The notes under the pieces: generated by a model
Database searches by the model: none
What the model was told of the DNA's origin: nothing
The model's input: only the letters and a program-made list of their open reading frames with translations
NCBI GenBank assembly: GCA_951406725.2
Contig: OX597814.1
Location: forward strand, 94,612,001-94,676,000
DNA length: 64,000 bases
Direction of reading: 5' to 3'
From: Octopus vulgaris
Taxonomy: Eukaryota
Program-made: the position numbers and the translations under genes
In this document: positions 38,981-53,032 of the stretch, piece by piece
Numbering within the stretch: position 1 is the first letter of the stretch
Layout of the letters: each line of letters begins with the position of its first letter

Positions 38981-39979
38981 ATTCCGTTCAAAATGTCTCC
39001 CTTCAGAAACAAGTTTATCGAATTACTCTAAGCACACATTAAAGTGACGTGTTCTTTTAAAATCACACAGGTGAGAGAAAGTAGCAGAAACTTACGAAAA
39101 TGCCACCTTTATATATACATATGTGCCACTGTTTTTTCAGTTAAGCAAGAGAACTCTTATTTGTTTAGATCAGTAAAACGTAATTTCTGATATGTGAAAG
39201 ATAATTATTGGTACCGCTATATCTTCAGTATATCTATATTGAACAAATTTACGACATCAGTCTCTAAGCCGATTTAACCAGCGTAACGCTACGGATAACA
39301 TTGCACTATGTCCTGCAACTATTCATTACATAACTCTTTTCCTTCTTCTTTTCCTGCTGTTTCGCCTATCCTGTTCACATAGTTATTGTTTTTTATGAAT
39401 ATTAACATTGTACTGAAACACTTATGTTCTAGCTACATTCCATTATATATACGGCCATCATGCACCAGGAAATCAACAATATTGAATTTCGCCCTCCCAT
39501 TAAATACAAAATGAACATTTATGATAGATTGCTTCGCGTATGTATGATCATGAAAGACTATAGCAGACTAGATCGAGCCTAGCGCAATCCCACCATGTAA
39601 TTTTATGGTAATACGTTGAAGTGGCGACGAGAAAGTACGAAGATTTTAGCAGGTTATGAATACTTCAGAACAAAACTAAGCACTAAATGCCATTTTGTCC
39701 GGTGGTCTTGAATGGAATATTTTGGCATTTTCATCTTCCAATATAAATGTGGAAGTAATATACAGGCGCTGATTCAAGCAAATATTTCAGTTCCCTAACA
39801 AATTACTTTTTTCCTTAAGAAATAAATGTTGTGTTTCTCAGAAGAATCATCGTTTTCTTTATTTATAGTAATATTATTACTCAGGTTTGTAGTGTAGGTT
39901 GTACGGGAGCTCTTTTCTTAGTTATAGTTACTGTTCCTATGTTATAAATCCAACATTCAGGGGGTATAATACCATATCA

Positions 39980-40320
39980 TTTACCTTTTATCTTTTACTT
40001 GTTTCTATCATTGGACTGCGGTCATGCTGCAGCATCGCTTTGAAAGGTTTAACCGAAAAAATTCAGTGCCGGTACTTTTTTTAAAGCTAAGTACTTTTTC
40101 CATGCCGCGAAACTTCGGGAAGGTAAACAAACCAATGCCAGTTCTCAAGCGGTGTTTGGGGACAAACACAAACATAAACACACACATATATACATATATA
40201 TACGATTTTCAGTTTTTGTCTACCAAATCCACTCACAAGGTTTTGGTTGGCCTGGAGCGATAGTAGAAAACTCTTGCCCAAGGTGCCTTACAGACGGATT
40301 GAACCTGCATGTGGTTGAGA
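39980..40320 (-). mobile_element. SINE family B, diverged
   Basis: Reverse complement colinear with family B. Confidence 0.75.
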
Positions 40321-40718
40321 AAGAAAGTTGAGAAACAAGTTTGATTAAAAGTTCTATTTTAAAAGTGTCTACTTCATTTAACTAAGCGATATTCGATTTG
40401 GAGTGTATTTCATTTATTTCTCAAAGGTATTGTTACTTAATTACACTTTTCTATGATGAATTCAAGATAACAAATTTTACAACAAAGCGAAAGCTGACAT
40501 GAATTTTAAATAATAACTGTTAACAAACAATTCTGCACAAGTGTTGAGTTGGTGTAAATAGCTAACCGCATAGAATATGTTTAGTATTAGGTAGAGAGGT
40601 CGGCCACTTTAGAAATACATTCCTCAAAGAAATTTAGTTTGGAGAGTTTCGTTTTATTATTATGAGTTTTTATAGATGGTATATTTCATCACTTATCAAG
40701 TTGTAATATTTCTGTCCA

Positions 40719-40901
40719 TCAAAACGTGGATGTTCTGCTGGAACAAACTGTACCGCTAGAGTAAGCAGTTGAGCGTCCGTCATTGACAAAACCAGGGAAG
40801 GTCGAAATAACGTGATCTAGTGGCCTCGGCGCTGGAGGTGGCTGAAATTTGTCCCCCGCTGGCGCGGAAACAAAACTGCAACTGCTGTGGTATAGTTTAT
40901 T
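40719..40901 (-). CDS. Candidate terminal coding exon of an unknown gene
   Basis: GC-rich non-repetitive island; TTCTATTAG acceptor, then 60 open codons NKLYHSSCSFVSAPAGDKFQPPPAPRPLDHVISTFPGFVNDGRSTAYSSGTVCSSRTSTF*; AATAAA about 60 nt downstream; no homology recognised. Confidence 0.35.
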   Translation of the reverse strand, partial: NKLYHSSCSFVSAPAGDKFQPPPAPRPLDHVISTFPGFVNDGRSTAYSSGTVCSSRTSTF

Positions 40902-41462
40902 CTAATAGAACATCTACGTTTGAGAATATCTACGTTAAAGAAATAGATATTATTTCCCAGTATTAATACTGCCTCTATCACTAATAGATATTTTAACAAG
41001 CTCTCTTTTTAAGAATATCACCCTTATATCCAGCGCAATTACTAGTGTCTGAAGCAACTCATCATATCCACTTATCTATCCACGACATAGCCGAAAGTAT
41101 ACTTCCAAATTTTGACACAGGTCCTGTAATTTCGGGGGTGAAGTAAGTTGATTGCATCGACTCGACTCCAGTGTTCAAGTGGTACGTATTTTATCAACCC
41201 GAAAGGGATGAAAGTCAACCAAAGTCGACCTTCACGGCACTTGAACTCAGAACGTAATGGCATGAAATGCCGCTAAGCATTTTTCCCGTCGTGCTAACGA
41301 TTCTGCCAGTTCGCCGCACTATACGTAGTGGAAATACTGTTTCATTTCAGATATTCATCTCTGAATTTCCTTTGTCTGGTTCCGTACTTCCCTCTTTTAG
41401 GATAAGTTGTTTCGCTTTCACACTTTCTCGTTTATATATTCTTTTCTTTTTATATATATATA

Positions 41463-41925
41463 GGTGTACACATCTGTGTGGTTAAGAAGTTTGTTTTGCA
41501 AATATTTGGTTTCTGATACGGTCCCAATGTACAGCACTTTGGATAAGTGTCTTCTATTATAGCCACGTGTAAACCAATGCTTTGTGAGTGAATTTGGTAC
41601 TGAAACCGCGTGTGGCCTGAGGCATCTAGGGGCATCGCAGACCTTTTATCACACCGCCTCGTACGGCTTTCTGCCGCCCGTCCCTCTAAGTGTGATTTTG
41701 CGTGTGTGCATCTTTGTGTTTGTGTTTGTCCCTCCCACCACTCGAACATCAGTTTTCGTTTGTATACGACCCTGTATTTTAGTAGTTTGGCAAAAGAAAT
41801 AATAGAATAAGTACCAAACTTTAAAACAATAAGTACTGGAGCCCGTTTGTTCGACTAAACTTTTCAAGGCGGTACTCCAGCATGACCGCAGTTAAATGAT
41901 TAAATCAACTAAATGATATATGATA
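41463..41925 (+). mobile_element. SINE family B, diverged, with an internal insertion near 41610-41690
   Basis: Head and tail colinear with family B. Confidence 0.7.
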
Positions 41926-43055
41926 AAAGATATATTTCGTTCTTTTCCTTCCCCCTTTCCGCCCATTGATCTACAAATAATTATTCACCAATTCCAATTT
42001 TCTACTCGGCTTCCAATCGCTCACCCATTGCTTTCTTACTCTTTTCCTGCAATTTATTACTTCACTTATTCTGTCTACAATATTTCGTTCCGATAACCAT
42101 TTGGAAGGTATTCAAATTCACGTATGCTATTAATGTCTTTGCGAAAGTTATGAATGTGACTCATTCATATTTCTGTTGCAACGAAAATATTCGGTATTTG
42201 TGTCACATGAAATTAAATCATTACTTTAATTGATTTAAGAGCCATACACTTTTTATAAAAGGTAATCAATTTTTCTGTTTATTTTCTCCTCGAATTATAT
42301 GGCATAATTTGCATTGATAATCAATCCTTTTCTTCATTATCCTCAACACGAAATTATCCTGCAAGGAAGAAGAAAGTGTACAAGATTCTGACAAGCAATG
42401 AACGTATTATGGGTTCAATTGCCAGATCTTTATGAATTCATTTGAAACCTCAAAATCTTTGCTTCCTGTGTAGATATCTGAGCGCTTATATGAAACTAGG
42501 CTGAATAATCTTATGTTGTATGTTTGCCTGGACGAATAACAACTCAAACTATGATAAGGAACAGAAAGATACAGAATATTTTATATTTTTTTTGTAGATA
42601 AGGAATATGATGCATTGGGGGAAAAAGTAGATATCTGTGGCGCATTTAGCAAATGAATAAGTAGCTTACAATATATGTACACATATACACCTGTATGTAA
42701 AACATGTATATATGTAAGCACATATATATGTATGCGTGTGAGTGTGTATTATATTATGTATCTTGTATATTATACACCAGAGGTACGTGGCTTTGTGGTT
42801 AGGCTACTGCACCCATGATCGTAAGATTGCAGTTTCGATTCTGAGAACTTTGCATTGTGTTCTTGAACAAAGCACTTCACTTCACATTGCTCCGGTCCAC
42901 TCAGATGGCGAAAATGAGTACTTCTGCGACAGACCGACTCCCGTCCCAGGAGAGGTGGAGTATATACGCCACATAATCCGGGAATCCGTTCTAATGTTCC
43001 TATGGCTCGGGATGACCTTTAATCTTTTATGTATATATAAATATTTCATACATTT

Positions 43056-43159
<104 letters not shown>

Positions 43160-43792
43160 GGGATATATAACTTTTGACTACTACGTTTCTGCATTATCGA
43201 AGGTGGATTATGGAGACATAGTAACGTAATTAAGAAGCTCGCTTCGCAATCCCGTGCTTGGATTGCATTTCCATAGCGTCAGGAATAATTCAAGCCTTGT
43301 AAATGAAATTGAAGAGAAACTGAGAGGAAATCCGTTGAATTGCGCTTGCTCTTTCGTAGTTTGAATTATTCTTTCATCTATTTAATGTCTCCACAATCTC
43401 TTTCGTGAAATCCATTTTCGTGAAAGCATTTCGACCCGGTCAACCCGATCGTTTGTTAGAGATAACATTATATCCTGTTGCTATGCTTCTTTCTGAAGGA
43501 AGCTACAAATGGTGAACTTTCTTCTCTTTCCACACTCTAGGCTTGAAAACCTCGTAAAGGCCATAAACGTCGTAGACTCTTCACATCATATACTATATAA
43601 ATTCCTGAATTTCGTTGAATATTCAGCATTGTCGAAAAGAGCTTAGATGTAATATGTAAAGGGTAATGCAGGAAATTGTATCAGTCGGTACTTCATGAAA
43701 ATAAAAGGTACTTTAATTTCAGGCTTATCCCTTCTTTATGAGATAAAGATGTTTGCCAAACCTTTAGTTGAAGAATATTTTTTCTTTCATAC

Positions 43793-43918
43793 GAAGGAAA
43801 AGTTTATGTACACGCAAGGAACAAGGTGCCAAAACTTTGAGTTGTCTTCAGACAGAAGATGTTGTCGGACTTCTTCCAATACAATGGATTCCGCCAAAAG
43901 CCAAGGGGTGCTCTTCGA
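43793..43918 (-). CDS. Candidate internal exon (126 nt)
   Basis: TTCCCTTTCTAG acceptor, weak GTATGA donor, open in phase 0: SKSTPWLLAESIVLEEVRQHLLSEDNSKFWHLVPCVYINFSF. Confidence 0.3.
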
Positions 43919-44799
43919 CTAGAAAGGGAATTAATTTAAACAACCCAAGAACAGGTATAATACGAAGAATTTCCTCTCAGTTTCCGTGTCCTCGATTTCA
44001 TTCTGACGTTTGGGACCCTCTGGCACTCAAGCTTAAGACAATCATCCAAGGTGCTGTGCAGTGTAAGTACCTGATTGCAAAGTACATTTTTAAATCACAT
44101 TGATATTCCTGATTAACACGCAATATTTAATGGAGACAAACATTAATTAAAAACTTATTATCTGTCTATGTGTGCTAACGTATGTATATATGTACGTATG
44201 TATACACAGGATAATATTTTTTTCTTATCCTCGCAAGTAGAAGTAAATATATTCCATGACATAAGAAATTTACCGAGGGTATGTACTTTACTTTTCAAAT
44301 TTTGCCTATACCGACCACCACCAATGTGTTTATCCACATGTAACCTATAAAATTGCTTTCTTTTAAATATGAATATAATATCAGAGATATTCCAAGTGTA
44401 TTAGTGGCAAAAAGGAAGACATATAGCTTCAACTAAAAGCTGAGACTAAAACTGAAACTCCCTCACTCATAGCTTAAATCTTGCTTCATATTCCTCGACA
44501 TATTTAATATAAAGATATAACGCATAATATTGAGAGGTACTGGCGAATGAAAAGGAAATTATGGCATTTGTGTAGCTCTAATTCAACTATTTTCCAATAA
44601 CTCACTTCATAAGAGTCTGACCTTTCAGGTGACATTAGAATGTATGTTCATTCAATATTAATGTGTACTGCCATTTTTATTATGTTAATATACTTAACTG
44701 TCCCTTCTTGAGTCACCAACAAACAGAATAGTCTTAGTTAAAGTATCGCAGCTAACAGTCAACCCTGCAGACAATAACTTCAATAAGTACCGTACTTAC

Positions 44800-44891
44800 A
44801 AGCTTTATAAAGACGCCTAAATTTGAATTACTGTATCTGAATTGCTGCAAAGTAGAAGACAGTATAGAATGTGATTCACGGTAGATAAATG
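44800..44891 (-). CDS. Candidate internal exon (92 nt)
   Basis: Long pyrimidine tract plus TAG acceptor, GTAAGT donor; one open frame FIYRESHSILSSTLQQFRYSNSNLGVFIKL ending in phase 0. Confidence 0.35.
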
Positions 44892-45397
44892 CTAAGAGAG
44901 AGGGAGAAGGGAGATGCAGAGAGAGGAGGGAGACGGAGAGAGAGCAGGAGAGAGAGAAGAGGAAGTGGACGAATTTGTATTTGGCAAGTATTTTCTCAGC
45001 TTTTAGTAATGATTTAAATTCATTCTTATACAAATTCTTCAACAGATGTCTATATGTTTTTCAAACGCTTAATGGCTAAATACTCTGATGAGCTCCAACA
45101 CACCGAGACTTCTTCCAGCAACGATGATTGATAAATAAAAATATATATATACACTTGAAATGATAAAGCAATTCTCATCTACTCTACAACAGCATTTGGT
45201 ATCGGCGTTTTAAGGCAATGAAGCATCAGGAACGTTTAGCATGTAATATCCTGTAAGATAATTAGTTTGGACATTACATCCAACCTATTAGATATCGTTG
45301 AAGAGTTAGTCTTCCTATAGTGATTTAAAAGAAAATTACTTTTCACTTCGATCTTATCTTAACATTTGGTGAGCTGAAGCTAAGCAATGCAAGATAA

Positions 45398-45633
45398 GGC
45401 GCGGCTGCGTAGTAGAGAAGTTTATTTCGATATCTGTATCGCACAGCGGCACCTTGTGCAAGTGTCTTCTACTATAAACCTTATTAGTGGGCTTCGTAGG
45501 CAGAAATGAAAGAAACCTGTCGTATATATAGATACATATACATACACATATATATATATTCAGTCCCACAACGTAACACCTTAGGCAGGTGTCTTTTATT
45601 GTAGCCTCGCACCGACCAGAAGCCTGTCGCACG

Positions 45634-45665
<32 letters not shown>

Positions 45666-45898
45666 TGTATGTATGTATGTATGTATGTGTGTGTGTGACT
45701 TTGTGTCTGTGTTTGTCCCCAGTCACTGCTTGACAACCGGTGTGGGTGTGTTTACATGACAGATGGATTGAACGACCAATGGAATAAGTACCAGGCTTAA
45801 AAAATAAGTCCTGGGGTAGATTTGTCCGACTAAAGTCCTCTATGGCGGTGCTCCAGTATGACCACAGTCAAATGCAAGAAGAATTTAAAAATAAAGGA

Positions 45899-45929
<31 letters not shown>

Positions 45930-45951
45930 TACACACACACATACACACACA

Positions 45952-46022
<71 letters not shown>

Positions 46023-46400
46023 AATATTCGGGCATAGACCGTATAGTATTCGTCCACATCTCAGTATGACGAGTGTGAAAATGTGTCGAAACAATCGTAG
46101 TGACTTTAAATAAGGTCGTTCAATCCATTTTCTGTCATGTCTGTCTGTATCTGCGTTTTTGTGACTGTGTGTATCTGTATCTCTTTGCGTTTGTGTAGGT
46201 CTCCCACCATCGCTTAACAACCGACCGACTCTGGCTTGTTTACGTCCCCCTAACTTAGCCGTTCGGAAAAAGAGACTGATGAAATAAGTACCAGGTTTTC
46301 ACAGAAATAAATACCAGCAGCGATTTGTTCGACTAAATGCTTCAGGGCAGCGCGCCAGCATGGCTGCAGGGAGTGAAACAAGTAAAAGATATGAGAAAAG
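45398..46400 (+). mobile_element. Cluster of nested and partial SINE family B copies
   Basis: Heads at about 45400 and 45558, tails at about 45700-45890 and 46190-46400. Confidence 0.75.
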
Positions 46401-46867
46401 ATATATGACGCCCCACCACTGCTCACAACGATGATTTCTACTATATAACAAAATGTATTTCGAACTTGTTATTCTAGATCACTGAGTAATTTGGTTAGCT
46501 ACACCAGTGCCCCGCAACCGACGTGTCACGAGACGATACTTGGTGTGCTGCAGTGTAATCTGAATATAATTTTTTTTCTTATACTTTTAGTCATATTTTT
46601 AGTTCAGACGTGCCGCCGAATTTTGAAGAGAATATAAGTGTACCGCATATGACAAAACGTTATGGAACACTGAGTTACACAGCACAGCAACAGTGTCAGT
46701 ATGTGAATTCTCGGATCTTTACAAAGCAGATTGGTGCTGTATTAACTTGCTCAGAAATATTGACTTGCTGGTGTAGGTTTTGTTCATGTTGCTGTTCTTG
46801 TTGCTGCTGCTGCTGCTACTGTTGCTGTTGATGTTGTGGTTGCTACTAATGTTCTTATTGAGAATGT

Positions 46868-47075
46868 TTAACCCTTGGCATGCTTCAATCGAGCAAGCCT
46901 ATGATCAAATGTGTTCCATCTGTATCCAATACGATTTCATTAGATAGTTTAATGTAAAACTGCTTATTGATACAAATCAATATAAACATCAATATTTTGA
47001 AGACGGTGTAGTTTGAGTGGAAGATTTGGCTCCTTTTTCTAGTATGTCGCGCAACTATGAAAAGGTTCCTTTGTT
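46868..47075 (+). repeat. Old interspersed repeat beginning TTAACCCT
   Basis: Shares the GAAGATTTGG..GC....TCTAG motif with 9690-9860(+) and, reversed, 22445-22640; class not determined. Confidence 0.45.
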
Positions 47076-48326
47076 CTTTTATCCAAGAATATGTTTCGCC
47101 TTCTGCTATCAGTTAACAAACAGGGACTAGTTCCCCTCAACAATATGCCAAATTAGTAATTTTCAATTCTATATAAGAATATATTTCTAGTCTTACTCTA
47201 AAATAATTTCCATAATAATTATACACACCCAAGAGACAATAATTAATTAGCGTTCTTTATTATGATACGTAATACTCTTCCTAAACTAATTGCCAAATCT
47301 ATTCCACCGTATTATTTATTCAGTATATTGATTGATGTATAAACAGCTTAGCTAATAGAGCACATAAAAATTTGAACGAATCTAAACGAAACTAAAATCG
47401 CAATCATTCGGCTGATGAACTTGTAGGTTCTCTGTGGGTGGCATTATCCCAAATTTGTTTTAAAGATACTCTATAAATATATTCTCTTATAGTATTTAGT
47501 CGTCCATATGCTCTGCTTCATGGGATCATACGGTAATTCTAAATGTTTCTGGAGAAGAAAAGTCGGTTATCACAGAAAAGATATATTTTCACTTTAAAAA
47601 TTCCTATAATTATATGCTGTAACTTTCTGGTTTAAGATTCTGTAGGGCAGGAATTTCCCTTTCATCCCTCTAGGGGTCGAGAGGATAAATGTCATTAAGA
47701 GATTAACAGATAATTCAATTAATTCTATCGACTACACTCTTTTTCCTGAAAAGTTAGAAATCAATAAGTTTATAACGAATTACTGAGAACTTAAACTTCT
47801 AACAAACATCTATCTCATATTATCTGATAGATTTATATATATGCGAAGTCTTATGGCAATTATTTCTTATCTGCTAAATATGATAAGAGGTTATAAAATA
47901 TATAATCATGTTCCTCGAAGGAAGATAAGTTTGTTTTTCAAATAATGTATTATCAAAATAGTCTCAATTAGTAATCTATATCCATAAGCCTAGATATAAT
48001 TTCTGAATCTGAGTGTGTACGAATATTTGCTATAATCAATAAACGTGTCCAAACACATAACAAGACAGACACTGCTGTTTTATACATATGTTATTTATGT
48101 ACACCTATGAGTGTTCAATATGATGCTTAGTGTCTTATAAGATGTATTCTATGTTAATACATGTAATGTACATGGACTTACACATTAATAGGAAGCGTTA
48201 TTTATTATACCTCTCACCGTTTCAATGTTTCTAGCCATTATGACTATCCATTATCTATGCTTATAATATTCATCCATTTATCATGATGTAAATACGTTTA
48301 TATGTTAACTTATATACATACTTATA

Positions 48327-48402
<76 letters not shown>

Positions 48403-48521
48403 AATGTATATATGAGAGTGAACGAGAAAGAGAGCGATAGAAAATGGTAGAAGGAAGAAAGGTGTGACGGTTAATGTGAAAATATTTTACATTTATTTAC
48501 TACTATAGTAACATAAAATAT

Positions 48522-48660
48522 GTTAAGAGCGCGAGCCACTAATCCCAAGATTCCGAGTTCGATTCCAGGCAGTGACCTGAATAATAATGGTAATAATAAT
48601 AATAATATTAATAATAATAATATTAATAATAATAATAATAATAAAATAATAAAATAATTA
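48522..48660 (+). mobile_element. Short tRNA-derived retroposon fragment with (TAA)n
   Basis: B box GAGTTCGATTCC at about 48554-48566, followed directly by (TAA)n. Confidence 0.5.
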
Positions 48661-50125
48661 CTAAAAAATCATTACTTTGATATGACGTTACTGTTATAAG
48701 ATGTTAATGTGATACAACATTGCTTATAGAGTGTTATGATGTATACTGGTTCCTTTATATGAAATCTAGCATAGCTTTCTTAAATCTACATGAACTATTA
48801 TTACTCGTTTTCTCAGAACATTAAAATTTATAGGGTCGAAGGCACCTCATACTTATATAAATGACCTTCAGGATAAGTAAATTAAAGCAAAGTACTTGTA
48901 AAATATTTAATTTATGTTTACTAAAGCATAGGTGTGTCAGTAATGTTTACAAAAACCAATTCAAGACGGATTTATATAACCACTGAACTCGCTGAATAGA
49001 GATTATGAATTATGAATAAGCAAACTTCACATTTATTAAGTTTTCAGATATTAAAGAGAACAGACTACAGGAATAAAATTATTCCACTCAAGTGGAAGAT
49101 AACATTTTTTTATGTTTTAGGATAAAGTTTGATATTTTTATAATGCAGACGAATGGTCCGAAGAGAAATGAAACATTTATAAGTAACTAGAGTTTAATGA
49201 ATCATTACAATGAACCTATAGAGACGAATAGATTCATTACTGTAGAAAGCCTACTATTCGAAATCCTGCCAATTTTAGAATGCTCTTATTAGATCATTCT
49301 CTCGATGAAGGACTACTGAATTTAATCGAAAGCACAAGAATAAAAGTAAAGAATTAATACAGGATCTGTTTCATTTCTAATGATCAAAGGATAAAAAGCT
49401 ATAGCTGTTCAAAATTTTAGCAATAAATAACAAAGAAGTCACCTACTTAAAATATTTTACTCAAATAAAATAATTTAAAATGAAGTTTTTAATACTGCGC
49501 GATCTCTGCTATTGGATGTAATTTTTATCACTACTATAGAGTATGGTTCAATATTTTACTTTCAAATCTGTATGATAAGTTTGAATTTAGGTTAATACCA
49601 TTTCATTATTCTATGGAATTGCATAAGAAATATGTTCGCTACAAACTTGTGGTCATAACGTCGTTTCTTTCTTTCTTGTACAAAATAGAGCAAGTGTGCT
49701 TTGAATTATAATAAATATCATTGTGTTATCGATAGCAATTTACATGAAACTAAAATTTAAGAGCCATGTGTACTATGCTATTAAATATTATTACTTATCT
49801 TTATTGCAAAACAAAATTATAAGTCATAACTTTTTGAGATATATTTTACTAGATAACTCATTAAGATGATAGCTTTATTGCGTGATGCTACTCTGAGAAT
49901 TTTGAAAACTTTATGTACAAAATGTTTATCGCAAATGATACTTTGTAAATTGCATATATGTATGAGAGTGTATATATATATAACTCATTTCATATATAAA
50001 CATATATACATATATATATATATACATATATATATATACATATATATACTTCTAATATAAGGATAATTTTTTTTAATTTCATCAGTGGCCAGTATATCAA
50101 AATACGAACACAGACACACACACAC

Positions 50126-50178
<53 letters not shown>

Positions 50179-50179
<1 letters not shown>

Positions 50180-51055
50180 TGGGTGTCCATAAAGTCTCTT
50201 TACAATTTTAAAATTTTATTACAAACGCAGTTGACAAGATATCTTAACCAGATTTATTTTATTGTAATAACTGCTTATTAAAGTTTTTTTAACTGTTATT
50301 TAATAGACCTCAATATGAGCACCATTAGTTGCGCGAAGCACATCAAGACTGTACTCGATTTCTTGCCATGTTCGTTGTAGGATAGCCACATCAGTGGTGG
50401 CAATGGCATTACGAATCCTTTGCTTCAAGTCAGCAATGTCCTGTGTCTTTGTTTGATACACGATATCTTTTACATACCCCCATAAAAAGAAGTCCAAGGG
50501 AGTGATATCTGGCGAATGCGATGTCCATGGAATTGGCCCATCCTTTCCAATCCATCGGTCTGGAAATGTTTGATTGAGGAACTGACGAATGTGCCGTCCC
50601 GAATGTATGATGACTGGCTGTAAATCAATCAGTTGTGGTGCCACATATTCGGTCAGATGTTCGAGGTAAACATCTGCAGTAATTGTTGCCTCGTTGACGA
50701 AAAATGGACCAATTATTTGATTGCACATGATTCCACACCACACATTCACTTTTGGACTATCCCGTTGAAGCACCCTAGTCACATGGGGGTGTTCTGATCC
50801 CCAGATTCTCACAATGTGTTTGTTTAATTTCCCTGAAACATGAAAAGTCGCCTCGTCACTAAAACAAACTCGCTTGAAGAATGCTTCATCCTCATTCTAT
50901 AGGGGTTCAGTAAATCAGTTCCCTTCCATCAACAGAGTATCTGAAACACAAAACTTTAATAAACAATTATTAAAATACAACAAATCTGGCTAAAATATCT
51001 CATCAACTGCCTTTGTAATAATTTTTTAAAATTGTAACGAAACTTTAAGGACATC

Positions 51056-51058
<3 letters not shown>
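50179..51058 (-). mobile_element. Internally deleted Tc1/mariner (maT/DD37D-like) element, 880 bp
   Basis: About 85-bp imperfect TIRs (CTGGGTGTCCATAAAG / CTTTAAGGACATCCTG), TA on both sides within (TA)n; transposase remnant VCFSDEATF...SPKVNVWCG...SPDITPLDFFLWGYVKD...NGAHIEVY*. Confidence 0.93.
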
Positions 51059-51090
<32 letters not shown>

Positions 51091-51091
<1 letters not shown>

Positions 51092-51142
51092 CAAAATCTG
51101 TTACTCTGAGTTTCTCGTTGCCGTTCATCAGACAGTTTTTGC
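51091..51142 (-). ncRNA. Type I hammerhead ribozyme (Penelope-like)
   Basis: Minus strand GCAAAAACUGU-CUGAUGA-ACG GCAA CGA-GAAA-CUCAGA-GUA-ACAGAUUUUGU: complete core, helices I to III and a GUA cleavage triplet. Confidence 0.75.
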
Positions 51143-51186
51143 TAGAATGGAACTGATATATCAATTGATATATCAGTTCCATTCTA
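51143..51186. repeat. Perfect 44-bp palindrome
   Basis: TAGAATGGAACTGATATATCAA|TTGATATATCAGTTCCATTCTA. Confidence 0.95.
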
Positions 51187-51480
51187 TATATATATATATA
51201 TATAGACCCAGTTCGGTCATGAATGACCCTAGAAAATTCCCATCCAAGCCATAAGTTCGACCAAGATTGTTTTAATGGACGACCAACAGTCGTCCTTGCA
51301 CACCAGCTTTCCCTCTCCATGCCACCGATATTATCCAAGGGAAATGCAAAACCGATACAGCTTGCCACCATATCTGCTGCTGAATGAACTGGAACACATA
51401 CAGCCCGGTCCGGGATTGAACACACTACTTCATGATTGCGAGCCTTTATATACACATGTGGGTTGTTGTTGTTGTTGTTG

Positions 51481-51523
<43 letters not shown>

Positions 51524-53032
51524 TGTGTGCGCGTGTAGTCATATACTCATTAATGAAGCCATAAGCTCATTAATCTGCAGAACTCTTGTCCAGACGATAA
51601 CTAGTGCGAAACAGAAGCGAGTGTGGATGTTAGTGGAAAAAACACACATCCAATTAGCTCAAAAACATCTTGAGTTAATAAAGCATGTAACAGGATCTGA
51701 TTTAGCAATTGCTTCCGCTCTATGCATGTTGGTGCTCTTAACATAGGGAAGGTGTTTGTCCTTTTAATTATTCAATTCATATAACTTGAGTATCAACGGC
51801 TTCGCCAGGGAAAAAATTAATATCTGATTACAATTAAGTTGAAGTTTTATCATCTAAGTTTGTGTCATGTAATCCTCCATTTCTATGATTATTCACTAAC
51901 CTCCATCTCCGTTGTATTGCATTGGTATACCGTTTTCAATTATTCCCACTGTCTGTTTCTTTGATATCTACTCTAATTTATTTAGTAGTTTTGAATTGAT
52001 TTGTCAAAGAAGTAAAAGGTCCTTCCCAAGTCATATGAGCATAAGGCTGTTTCACGGGTTCTGTGGCATATAAATTTACTCCCAGTCCGTCAGCCCGTCA
52101 TAGCATTACTCATTTTTGATAGCTGAGTGGATTAGAATAGCGTGAAATAAAATGTTTTGTTCAAGAAAACAACGTATTGCTAACTATCGAAAACACAATC
52201 TTACTGTTATGAGAGCAACACCACACCACTAAGTCGTGTGCCTCTACAGTTTATTAGCCAAGTATATAATTATTTAATTAGAAATTATGTAATCAATTAC
52301 TTATCAATTTTTTTGATCGATAATCTATTTACTTAAATACTTGCTTATTAATTTAATTCTCAGTTATCTAATCGGCATAATGTCTTTCTTAAACACAATT
52401 ATTCCTCCCCACTGCTACCCCCCTCCCCCAGCGAAACTATTAGCCAACTACTCCCTATTGTATTATTATTATTCGTCTTATTTTATATCACAGTCTTTTT
52501 ATTCTAAGGATATTTATTTCTATTACCGGTCATTTTTAACGATTATTTTACTTTTTTATGGCAATCTGATATTTTTTTATACCGATCATTTACCTTTTGA
52601 TAGTAATCTGAGATTTGCTTTCTTGGTTGTTTGGATGTTTTTAATGAATGACACCGTATTTCACGCGTTAGTAATGCGAGAAGTTGTTTAGCCAATGGGA
52701 TAATGTGTTTCCTTAATTTTTTATTCACATCAGTTGTTTTCTTCCGCCATAGCTGTCATCTGTCAAACCGTTGTCACTCGCAAAATGTCAAGAGTATTGG
52801 ATTTGAGGTTTCATCCAGATAAAATAGCTATACTCCAGGACATTTATATCAACGTCTAAGTGTGTCTGTTTACGTATAAGTGAGTCCGTCTTTACAATAG
52901 CAGCAGTCAAGAGCCTGTGTTCGACAGAGGTCGGCAAATGAGTATCAGACTTCTTTCTTACATGTGAGTCGCTAAAATTAACAGAATCGGAAGACTATGG
53001 TTGTGCGTACGTGTATGTATGTTACATATATA

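Noticed and set aside
46603-46790. Plus-strand frame with YTAQQQCQ, reminiscent of ADAMTS
   Set aside because: Motif too short, no other ADAMTS exons visible, and the frame runs into a trinucleotide repeat
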